A stretch of DNA of 64,000 nucleotides. It comes from Eledone cirrhosa. Taxonomy: Eukaryota. Every line of letters begins with the position of its first letter. Within the stretch, counting starts at the first letter, position 1. Below the pieces are notes generated by a model. That model made no database searches, was not told where the DNA came from, and was given only the letters and a program-made list of their open reading frames with translations. Shown in pieces: positions 52,990 to 62,560 of the stretch. The position numbers and the translations under genes are program-made. Location of the stretch: NCBI GenBank assembly GCA_964016885.1, contig OZ024740.1, forward strand, positions 13,020,001-13,084,000, read 5' to 3'.

Positions 52990-55036
52990 CTATTTCGAGA
53001 TGATGGATCTCACCCTCATGCCCCAGAATTTCCTGTCCCCCATCGCTGCCCCCAGGTCCTGTCTACTGATTCCCGTATCCCTAGAGATAACGTCAGGGAA
53101 TGACAGCTTCCTACTCCTAGTCAGGCTGGAGTCAGGGTTCCAGAGCAAGAGAGCGGATATGATTTACTTGCTGGCACGGTGACAGTGGCCAGAAAATTGA
53201 GCTCTCCGGGATTTTAGAAGGGCAGAGGCTCGAGGGAGTTTGCCATAGATTTTAGACAAGGTGGGATGTCGTTTCCAGGATAGGTTTTGCACTCTCATTA
53301 AGAGGCGGGTATATGTGCCATCCAATCTCCTCTCAAGTAGTGATGTTAGTGTCCAAGTTTCGGATCCATAAAGTAATATGGGCTTAATGGTTGCTTGGAA
53401 TATTTCCAGTTTTAGCTTGTTGGTAAGTTGAGATGTCCATATGGCGTGCATGTCATTGCACGCTGACCATGCCATACCCTTCCTGGTTAGAAAATCTTTT
53501 TTGGAGGAGGAGATATATGAGTCAAGATACTTGTAATCTTCCACCTGCTTAAGGGTGGTACCATTAAGGGTTCTGGTGGGGTAGTTTGGTCTGTTTGCGC
53601 ATCTGTTCACACACTCAGTCTTGGATTCGTTGAGGTACAGTCCAACACAGTTGGACGCTTGCTCCAATGACTTCAAAAGACTCTCAGCATTTTCCAGTGA
53701 CCGACTGATCAATGCGATGTCGTCAGCAAAGTCGGTGTCGGTCAAGTATTTTGCTGGGTAGCGTGAGCTTCTCCTAGGCTGTAGTTGGTATCCCCTATCC
53801 TGAATCCTATCCACAGACATGCGCAAAACATAATCCACAACAATGATAAATAGATACGGAGCAAGGGTATCGTCCTGTAAAATTCCAGCGAGGATTGAGA
53901 AAGGTGGTGTTTCCCCATCTGGGGTCAGGACAGTTGATTTGGTATCTGTATACATTACACGTATGGCCGCAATGATTTTATTAGGAATCCCATAGAGTTG
54001 TAGAATTTCAAACATCCCCGACCTGTCAACTGAGTCGAAGGCTTTTGAAAAATCAACAAAGATGAGTGCAAGGTCTAGATTGCGGCTTTGGGACTCCTCT
54101 ATAAGTCGGCGAAGGCAGAGAATCTGGCTAAGTGTTGATCTACCTCTCCTAAATCCATTCTGGTTGTTACGAAGGATTGGCTCAAGAAATGGGATTAAGC
54201 GGTTTAGAAGAAGCTTGTTGTATATTTTTGCAGAGAAATTGATGAGAGAAATTCCTCTATAGTTGGTGGCTAAAGAAAGATCTCCTTTTTTGGGCATGGG
54301 GATAATTTGAGCTGCATGCCAGACGCTAGGTGGTTTATTGGTCTCGAAAGTATGGTTACATAAGTTGAGCAAAAGGATGTGGAAATGCTCATCCTTCTAA
54401 ATCAGGGTAGGTATATTATCCGGCCCAAAGGCTTTTGAGGCTCTGAGCTAGCTGTTTGATGGCTTCTTTGAGCTCAGGCATGGTGAAAGGAGAGGTGTTG
54501 ATTCATAAAGGCTCTGAAACCTGAACGGATGGCAGTTGATAGTTATCAGGGAGTCTGGCCTTTTCCCCTAGAAGGTTTTTAAAATGAGCAGACCAATTTT
54601 CAAGACGTTTTTTGGCAGAGCCTCCTTTGATCCTAACTGCAGAGTTTGAGTTTTTGCCTGAAAGATCTTTGACAACCTTCCAAGCAAGATGATGGTGTTT
54701 GCTAATGTGATGTTGCGATAGCTGATCAATCCTACCTGAGATATAGTCGGCTTTAGCATTAAGATAAGCGTCGTCTAGTGATTTTTTGGCCATGGTAAGT
54801 TGCATCTTTTCCCCTTGAGATGGTGATTGATGGTGAGATTGGGATATTGACCTAAGATGGGCCCTTGCCTCAACTACCTTCTCTGAGGCTCTAGGTTGCA
54901 TTTGGCTTCGGCTTTTCTTTTTAGGTAGGGTGGCAAGTGCAACTTCCTCTGTTGATTGCTTAAGACAGTCATACACATCCTCAATATTATCGTCATTGAT
55001 GTCAGAAGTTGAGAGAGATTGAAATCTGTTATAGAC
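52990..55036 (-). mobile_element. Decayed RTE/RTE-X-type non-LTR retrotransposon (RT region), 5' part replaced by telomeric repeats
   Basis: ORFs 54503-54976 and 53164-54372: KKGDLSLATNYRGISL, NQNGFRRGRST, FVDFSKAFDSV, GILQDDTLAP, DFADD, YGSETW, FSGHCHR; in-frame stops. Confidence 0.9.
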
Positions 55037-55508
55037 TTAGTGTTAGTGTTAGTGTTAGGGTTAGGATTAGGGTTAGAGTTAGGGTTAGGGTTAGTGTTAG
55101 GGTTAGGGTTAGGATTAGGGTTAGAGTTATGGTTAGGGTTAGGGTTAGGGTTATGGTTAGGGTTAGGGTTAGGGTTAGTGTTAGGGTTAGGGTTAGGATT
55201 AGGGTTAGGGTTAGGGTTAGGGTTAGAGTTAGGGTTAGGGTTAGGGTTAGGGTTAGGATTAGGGTTAGAGTTAGGGTTAGGGTTAGTGTTAGGGTTAGGG
55301 TTAGGATTAGGGTTAGAGTTAGGGTTAGGGTTAGGGTTAGGGTTATGGTTAGGGTTAGGGTTAGGGTTAGTGTTAGGGTTAGGGTTAGGATTAGGGTTAG
55401 GGTTAGGGTTAGGGTTAGGGTTAGGGTTAGTGTTAGGGTTAGGGTTAGTGTTAGGGTAAGGGTTAGGTTTAGGGTAGGTTTAGAGGTAAGTTAGGTTTAA
55501 AGTTAGGG
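55037..55508 (+). repeat. Interstitial telomeric array (TTAGGG)n with TTAGTG/TTAGGA/TTAGAG/TTATGG variants
   Basis: About 470 bp of hexamers, in phase for most of the length and degenerate at the right end. Confidence 0.92.
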
Positions 55509-55607
55509 TTGCTTCTTGTGAAATAGTACTCACCTAGTATTTCCGTCTCTTCCCACCCTTCCCTCTCTCAACTCCAAATCTGTGTCATGGGCCTGCACAC
55601 CTTCACT

Positions 55608-55835
55608 GCTTTGCTGTGGTTGCTGTTGTTATTGGTGTTATTGGTGTTGTTGTTGTTGTTAATGATGTTGTTGTAGTTGTTCTTGTAGTTGTTGTTGTGG
55701 TTGATGTTGTGGTTGTGGTTGTTGTGGTTGTTGTGGTTGTTGTTGTTTTGGTTGTTGTTGTGGTTGTTGTTGTTATTGATGTTGTTGTTTGTGATGTTGG
55801 TGATGTTGCTGTTGTTGTTATTGTTGTGTTTGTTA
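55608..55835. repeat. (GTT)n-type trinucleotide repeat
   Basis: Direct reading. Confidence 0.9.
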
Positions 55836-56125
55836 TATTGATTTTCTTCGAATTAGTTCCGGTTGTTGACTTTCTGAAGTTAAATTCCATCATCTTTTAT
55901 TCTTCCCGGAGTTATAGTACCAGTTATACACTGGGGTAGGTTAAATATACGATATCATCACGTGCCAACAATAAAACCTGACCTTGTGTTTATTATAACT
56001 GGTTTTTGATGTGGAGTCGACAGCTGATAGTTTTGTCGGTCAATTCCCCCTCCCCACCGCACACTGCAACCACCGCCTCCCCCGCCGGATATCCTTCCCT
56101 CTACCTCCGGTGTGTCAACTAATCA

Positions 56126-56390
56126 ATAGTAGTAGTAGTAGTAAGCAGCAGCAGCCATAGTAAGAGCAGCAGTATTATCAGCAGCAATTACAGCAGCAGC
56201 AGTAGGAGCAGCAGCAGAAACAGCAGCAGCTGCAGCAGTAGGAGCTGGCGTTATATCAGCAGCAGCAGTAGGAACAACAGCAGCAGTAACAGCAGCAGTA
56301 GGAACAACAGCAACAGTAACAACAGCATCAGTAGGAGCAGCAGCAGCAGTAGGAGCTGGCGTCAAATCAGCAGCAGCAGCAACAGGAGCA
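56126..56390. repeat. (TAG)n then degenerate (AGC)n repeat
   Basis: Direct reading. Confidence 0.88.
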
Positions 56391-56474
56391 AGCCGCCATT
56401 GTTGTCTGGTGTCAACGACCTCATTGCTGTCAGACAATAACACTACCCCACCACTCCCTGCGTCTCTCCCAGGG

Positions 56475-57660
56475 ACCACTACCACCACCACTACCACCAC
56501 CACCACAACCGCCACCATCAATACTACACCATCATCAACACTACACCACCACCACAATCAACACTACACCACCACCATCAATACTACACCACCATTACTA
56601 CACCACCACCACCATCAACACTACACCACCATCACCACCACACCACCACCATCAACACTACACCACCATCACCACACCACCACCACCATCAACACTACAC
56701 CACCATCACCACACCACCACCACCATCAACACTACACCACCATCACCACCACACCACCACCATCAACACTACACCACCATCACCACACCACCACCACCAT
56801 CAACACTACACCATTACCATCACCACACCACCACCACCACCACCATCAACACTACACCACCATCACCACCACACCACCACCATCAACACTACACCACCAT
56901 CACCACACCACCACCACTATCAACACTGCACCATTACCATCACCACACCACCACCACCAGCACTACCACCACCACCACCACCATCAACACTACACCACCA
57001 CCACAATCAACACTACACCACCACCACTATCAACACTACACCACCACCACTATCAACACTACACCACCACCACCATCAATACTACGCCACCATCACCACA
57101 CCACCACCAACATCAACACTACACCACCACCACCACACCACCACCATCAACACTACACCACCATCACCACACCACCACTACACCACCACCATCACCACAC
57201 CACCACCACCACCACCATCAACACTACACCACTACCACAATCAACACTACACCACCACCACCATCAATGCTACATCACCATCACCACCACCACCACACCA
57301 GCACCACCATCAACACACCATTAACACTAAACCTCCATTAACATTAAACCACCACCATCAACACTACACCACCACCATCAACACTACACCACCACCACCA
57401 TCAACACTACACCACCGCCATCAACACCACCACCACCATCAACACTACACCACCACCATCAACCATCAACACTACACCACCACCACCATCATCAGCACTA
57501 CACCACCATCACCACACCACCACCACCATCAACACGCAAACACCACCACCACCACCACCACCACCATCAACACGCAAACACCATCAACACTACACCACCA
57601 CCTCCATTAACATTACACCACCACCATCACCACCATCACCACCATCAACACTACACCGCC
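56475..57660. repeat. (CAC)n-derived low-complexity minisatellite (CATCAACACTACACCACCAC-like units)
   Basis: Recurrent CATCAACACTACACC among CAC triplets. Confidence 0.9.
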
Positions 57661-57710
57661 AACACAGCATTACAGTCATTACAACACTACATGTAATCAG
57701 CAGCAGCAAA

Positions 57711-57724
57711 CACTACTACTACTG

Positions 57725-57759
<35 letters not shown>
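57711..57759. repeat. (CTA)n microsatellite
   Basis: Direct reading. Confidence 0.9.
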
Positions 57760-57760
<1 letters not shown>

Positions 57761-57967
57761 CCACCGATCACTCACTCTCCCTTCCTTTCCCATTCTCACA
57801 CTCGCACTCTCTCCCTTTCTCAGTCTCTCAAACTCTCCTTCTCTAGTATTACTCTCTCTTTCTTTTACAATATTTCTATCTAGTCTGTCCTCTCCCCCCC
57901 CCCCTCATCCATTCACACCAGGCACCTTTTCATTCACAGCTGTCTCACACACTTCAATTCACAACGG

Positions 57968-58000
<33 letters not shown>

Positions 58001-58176
58001 ATACATTAACAGAGAAAGCTTTAAGCAATACTCCGACCGACTTCCGTCTCACTCAACAAACATTAGGATATACCTTAGTATAATCCCAATTATACTTTTG
58101 GGGTGCTAACTATACGTATTTTGCGGATAGCCAGTTGTATTATTTTATATGAGACATAATTAAATACATCCCTCTT

Positions 58177-58298
58177 TCCAGACGATCGTTTCATTATAAG
58201 TTTTCTACAAGTTGGGAAAATAATGTCCAGGTTATGTAGAAGCCTACACATAGTCTATAGGAATATATGCAGGTGGGTACTTATAAATCATCAGTGGA
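58177..58298 (-). ncRNA. Type I hammerhead ribozyme, family C (GUC triplet)
   Basis: Minus strand TCCA-CTGATGA-TTTATAAG...CTTATAAT-GAAA-CGATCGT-C-TGGA. Confidence 0.82.
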
Positions 58299-58544
58299 TT
58301 CGCAACAATATCGATATAAAAAAAACCCTACCGATATATATATATAATTAATTGACCTGCGCGCATATTATTTTTTCCTTTTATGTTTTGCGATGATCTC
58401 CCCTTCCCGCTTGGTGACGGTGTGAGATTTCTCTTTGTGAGACTGCTGGAATTTCAAATTTGGCGGTCACTCAAACACTGACGGGTACCATCGCTGAATG
58501 TTAATATCGGTAGGGTTTTTTTTTTATATCGATATTGTTGCGAA

Positions 58545-58666
58545 TCCACTGATGATTTATAAGCGCCCACCTGCATATATTCCTATAGACTATGTGTAGG
58601 CTTCTACATAACCTGGACATTATTTTCCCAACTTGTAGAAAACTTATAATGAAACGATCGTTTGGA
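58545..58666 (+). ncRNA. Type I hammerhead ribozyme, family C (GUU triplet)
   Basis: TCCA-CTGATGA-TTTATAAG...CTTATAAT-GAAA-CGATCGT-T-TGGA; stem II region 95 nt. Confidence 0.8.
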
Positions 58667-58865
58667 AAGAGGGATGTATTTAATTATGTCTCATATAAAA
58701 TAATACAACTGGCTATCCGCAAAATACGTATAGTTAGCACCCCAAACGTAACATTGGGATTATACTAAGGTATATCATAATGTTTGTTGAGTGAGATAGA
58801 AGTCGGTCGGAGTATTGCTTAAAGCTTTCTCTGTTAATGTATTAAATATATATATATATATATAT

Positions 58866-59242
58866 ATACCGCTACGGTCTTGATTGTTCAATTCCAATAT
58901 TGGCAATACTGCCAATATTGGAATTGAACAATCAAGACCGTAGCGGTATGTCATATATTAGATCATATATTTTGTCTGATGAGGACGTACTGAAAAAAAC
59001 AACACAGGACCTCTGAAATATATATAATAAAGTATATATTATGACTATGAGAATATTTTTCATTTGTTAATATTTTGAATAATATTAAAAAATCCAGGAA
59101 AACCAACATTTGAGTGCTTCTAATCTATTGTAAAATTGTATTCATTAAGTATTCAACGAACCATACTAATCTTTGGTCATATATATACATTTATAAGCAA
59201 AGAGTTATTTAATTTGTTGGTTATTCAACAAATTTATTTATA

Positions 59243-59246
<4 letters not shown>
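58866..59246 (+). mobile_element. Non-coding hammerhead element, family D, starting with a perfect 40-bp hairpin
   Basis: 58866-58905 is the exact reverse complement of 58910-58949; hammerhead downstream; (TA)n on both sides. Confidence 0.7.
58971..59031 (+). ncRNA. Type I hammerhead ribozyme, family D (stem II degenerate)
   Basis: TTTGT-CTGATGA...GAAA-TATATAT-A-ATAAA. Confidence 0.6.
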
Positions 59247-59276
<30 letters not shown>

Positions 59277-59278
<2 letters not shown>

Positions 59279-59553
59279 CCAAAAGTTTATATGGTTCGTT
59301 GATTATTCAACGAATTCATTTTTACAACAGATTAGAAGCACTCTACAGTTTTTATCTGGAGTATCCTTAATATTCAAAATATTAATAAATGAGAAATACT
59401 TTCACATAACCAAAGTATATATTTTATTATATATATTTCAAGGGTACAGTAGTTTTTGAGTACGCTTTCATCAGATAAAACACAAGAAATTGGTTATTCG
59501 ACATACCGCTAGGGTCTTGATCCTTCAATCCCTATCGAAGCAACCTTACTACA
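59277..59553 (-). mobile_element. Diverged family D element, tail-to-tail with the previous one across (TA)n 59247-59276
   Basis: Shares ATCAAGACC.TAGCGGTATGTC, the hammerhead, GAGTGCTTCTAATCT and TTGGTCATATA with 58930-59185. Confidence 0.7.
59423..59479 (-). ncRNA. Type I hammerhead ribozyme, family D
   Basis: Minus strand TTTAT-CTGATGA-AAGCGTAC...GTACCCTT-GAAA-TATATAT-A-ATAAA. Confidence 0.72.
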
Positions 59554-59574
59554 TATATATATATATATATATAT

Positions 59575-60104
59575 AGTATTTTTCTCCATATTTTATTACA
59601 TATATTTACCCAAACTGCGATTCTGTGTTTTTCTCTCTCTCTCTTACTGCTCCCCCATTCTCTCTGTTTCTCCTACTTTCTTTCGCCCCCTCTGTCATGT
59701 CAGTTAACTCTTCCTCACACTTTCACTCACTCACTGTTTCTCCTCTCTTCACTTCATCCCGTACACCACGAAAGCTATATTTTTCTCTCTTCTCACATGG
59801 CCCTCGTTCGTGTAAGGTCTTTTTTCTAAAGCGCTCATATATTCACCTAGCTTATGCTAAACAGAATAATTATGAAGCTTGTTTCATTCCCCTACGGTTA
59901 GCCATACTCTTTGTTGTTCTCCTGTCTCACTCGCTTTACGCGTTTTAATTGTCCTAATAACTTATTTTAGTTATTATTGCACCGACGTGAGGTATATGAT
60001 TTTTAATGCAATGAAATATCTATGATCGTCGGCAAATCACTGATGAGGGACTCATTTTATTACATGTTATCCATGCGCTACCTGCAGTATTTTTCTCCAT
60101 ATTT

Positions 60105-60109
<5 letters not shown>
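59575..60109 (+). mobile_element. 511-bp-period element with 24-bp direct terminal repeats between (TA)n tracts
   Basis: AGTATTTTTCTCCATATTTTATTA at 59575-59598 and 60086-60109; CTGATGA at 60040. Confidence 0.45.
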
Positions 60110-60140
<31 letters not shown>

Positions 60141-60142
<2 letters not shown>

Positions 60143-60575
60143 AGATATTTTAGTAGTGAAGTAGACAACACGTCTATGTTTTACTTCGCTTTTACTACGG
60201 ACTGGTTCATGTACAGGTCATTTTTCGACCTCACTCGATCTTGTGCTAGCTGGCAGATGGCAATATATTTTGCCGTTCCTGGGACTTTAGCTCTAGGAAA
60301 GGAAAATGCTTCTCTGATGAACTTTGCTTTTCCATTAGAAATCCAATGGATTTCTAATGTTTTGCAAAGGGAAACCGATCGGTAAGAGCGACTGAGAGTA
60401 GGTAAATATTTGAATTATATTTTTTAATTTATTTAAAAAATTGTTTAAATTTTGCTTGTTCTGTTTATCTCAATATTATAGTTCTGGTATGTCAAATTAA
60501 TACCATTGAACAACCCTGTATCATAGACAACCTATATATTTCCAGGGGTACTTAGTACCCGTGGGCATATTAACT

Positions 60576-60580
<5 letters not shown>
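60141..60580 (+). mobile_element. Non-coding hammerhead element, family E, between (TA)n tracts
   Basis: 440-bp block bounded by (TA)n 60108-60140 and 60581-60668 with an intact hammerhead. Confidence 0.7.
60310..60388 (+). ncRNA. Type I hammerhead ribozyme, family E
   Basis: TTCT-CTGATGA-ACTTTGC...CATTAGAAATCC AAT GGATTTCTAATG...GCAAAGG-GAAA-CCGATCGGT-A-AGAG. Confidence 0.85.
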
Positions 60581-60669
<89 letters not shown>

Positions 60670-60935
60670 CGAAGGAAGTGTTGTAAGGACCCAGATGGAC
60701 CATAACGCACCATAGTACTCAATACTTAGGGTAGTAGAGTGGGTAATAGGAAAAAGTTTAACCCCGACGGCAGAGCTCAAGCCGTTTTGACGGCTATTTC
60801 TGGACTGAGTCCAGAATATGTATATATATATATATGTATATATATATTTGTAGTAAGGTTGCTTCGATGCATCCGTTGGCGGTATGCTGGTTGAGCACTC
60901 TATGCTCCTTCGGAGCAGAGTATAGTAATATAGAA

Positions 60936-61212
60936 AACGAAGAATCAGTGATGCATCGGAACACAATTTATTACGTATTACAAAGTTTCTCCAGCGAACA
61001 GCTCGAGGTGCGATCTGTTAGTGGATCGAACCTGACTCTTGATTCGCAAGTTCCACAAGAGGATTTTCTTCGAAATCACGAGACGTATCTGAGGAACTTG
61101 CGAATCCAGAGTCAGGTTCGATCCACAAACAGATCGCACCTCGAGCTGTTCGCCGGAGAAACAATTGTAATAGGTAATAAATTGTGTTCCGATGCATCAC
61201 TGATTCTTCGTT
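60936..61212. repeat. Fold-back inverted repeat (~120-bp arms, 38-bp loop)
   Basis: 60936-61054 pairs with 61093-61212 with few mismatches. Confidence 0.9.
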
Positions 61213-61225
61213 CTCCCCCCCCCCT

Positions 61226-61230
<5 letters not shown>

Positions 61231-61308
<78 letters not shown>
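61231..61308. repeat. (CT)n(TA)n compound microsatellite
   Basis: Direct reading. Confidence 0.92.
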
Positions 61309-61311
<3 letters not shown>

Positions 61312-61456
61312 GATAAATCTACCAAAATAAACGGTATAGTCCAATCCGTATGAAGAACTCAATGTAATCCAAATATAGAAGATATCATGAAAAGAGAAAA
61401 TGCATTCAAAAAATAACGATAAAAATCATAGGAAAACAGAGTCAAGATAAATTAAT

Positions 61457-61640
61457 TGTTTCTACTTTAGGCACAAGGCCAGCAATTACCCAGTACATTA
61501 CTGGTACTTTATTTTATCGACCCCATAAGGATGAAAGGCAAAGTCAACCTCCGCGGGATTTGAACTCAGATCGTAAAGGGACGTAACTATGCTGGAAAGC
61601 ATGGCGTCCGACCCTCTACCGATACTGCCAATCCACCGCC
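61457..61640 (-). mobile_element. Full-length tRNA-derived SINE with 19-bp target-site duplication, inserted in the PLE 3' region
   Basis: Minus strand GGCGGTGGATTGGCAGTATCGG (A box)...GAGTTCAAATCC (B box); AGAGTCAAGATAAATTAAT at 61438-61456 and 61641-61659. Confidence 0.92.
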
Positions 61641-61708
61641 AGAGTCAAGATAAATTAATAAAAACAATGAAATAAAAACAAAGAGCAGGTTCCTTATATT
61701 GTAAAATT

Positions 61709-61847
61709 CATCATTTTACGATCGTTTCTGGGATATATATGTGTGTTGGTATGTATATCATGTTAAAGATCTATGTAAAAAAATATTACAAATTATCACA
61801 GGAGATATACATACCTTCACCTATACATGCCATCTTCAGAAATGATG
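61709..61847 (-). ncRNA. Type I hammerhead ribozyme, family F (3' region of Naiad-type PLE)
   Basis: Minus strand CATCATTT-CTGAAGA-TGG...GGTATGTATATC...GATATACATACC...CCA-GAAA-CGATCGT-A-AAATGATG; 8-bp stem I. Confidence 0.88.
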
Positions 61848-62560
61848 AAGAATGTTTATTGAAAGAAACAAAGTATTAATATAAAAGGTCTGTTTGGGAA
61901 CAGGTTTTGAATTGACCAATAGGAAAGAGTTAGAGGTCAAGTTGATAGAATTACAATAGTAGAACTTGATGCTAGGAGTGGAGGAATGTAAATTTATGCT
62001 TTGAATGAAAAGAATACAATGAGGAAGAGAAAGATAGGGGTTAAAATGAGGTCAAATCAAGAAGATAGTGAAGGAGTCCCAAAAAATGCTGTTAAAAGCG
62101 AAGGGAAAGAAATTTGTGGGATGAGAGTGTTAGTGAGAAATACTAATCTTATTTAAATTCCAAGGAACCTAGATACATAAAAGGAAATTAAATTAATTGA
62201 TAGGTATACTTACAGAGTTAAAATTATATTAATTCTTATGAATGAGATAAATAAAGAAGTAAAAAAATAAAAAATAAAAAATATATATAGAAAAACTGAA
62301 ATAGAAATTTTTTTATAAAAAGCAGTGTATCTATCTAAACATCCATAATAAGATAATTATATTTAACAATCCTAGGTATTAAATGTGATAAATAGGGAAT
62401 GTGGTTAAAAGAAGTAGTGAGGTTAAAAATAACTTTAGGTAAAGTGAGCTGTAAGAGGGAAATAAAATTATGAAATTCTCTGTAGTAAATTTCTAATTAT
62501 AGGTTAACTAAATTAAAAATTAATCATAATGATTTGTAAAATATAAGAGTGAGATATATA

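Larger units (their letters stand above)
57990..58855. mobile_element. Non-coding hammerhead element as head-to-head inverted pair (~345-bp arms, ~165-bp spacer) between (TA)n tracts
   Basis: About 57990-58337 is the reverse complement of 58504-58855 with a few mismatches; hammerhead in each arm. Confidence 0.85.

Noticed and set aside
55009-57341. ORFs such as VRVR/LGLG, poly-V/T, poly-A and the 310-aa His/Thr-rich ORF
   Set aside because: Translations of stop-free simple repeats, no domain content
60750-60815. Twister ribozyme (TAA...CTCAAGCC)
   Set aside because: No complementary P2/P1 or pseudoknot partner strands found
39529-61362. Short ORFs containing YIYIYI, MYVC or HTYI runs, and short ORFs antisense to retroelement RTs
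   Set aside because: Microsatellite or shadow-frame artefacts
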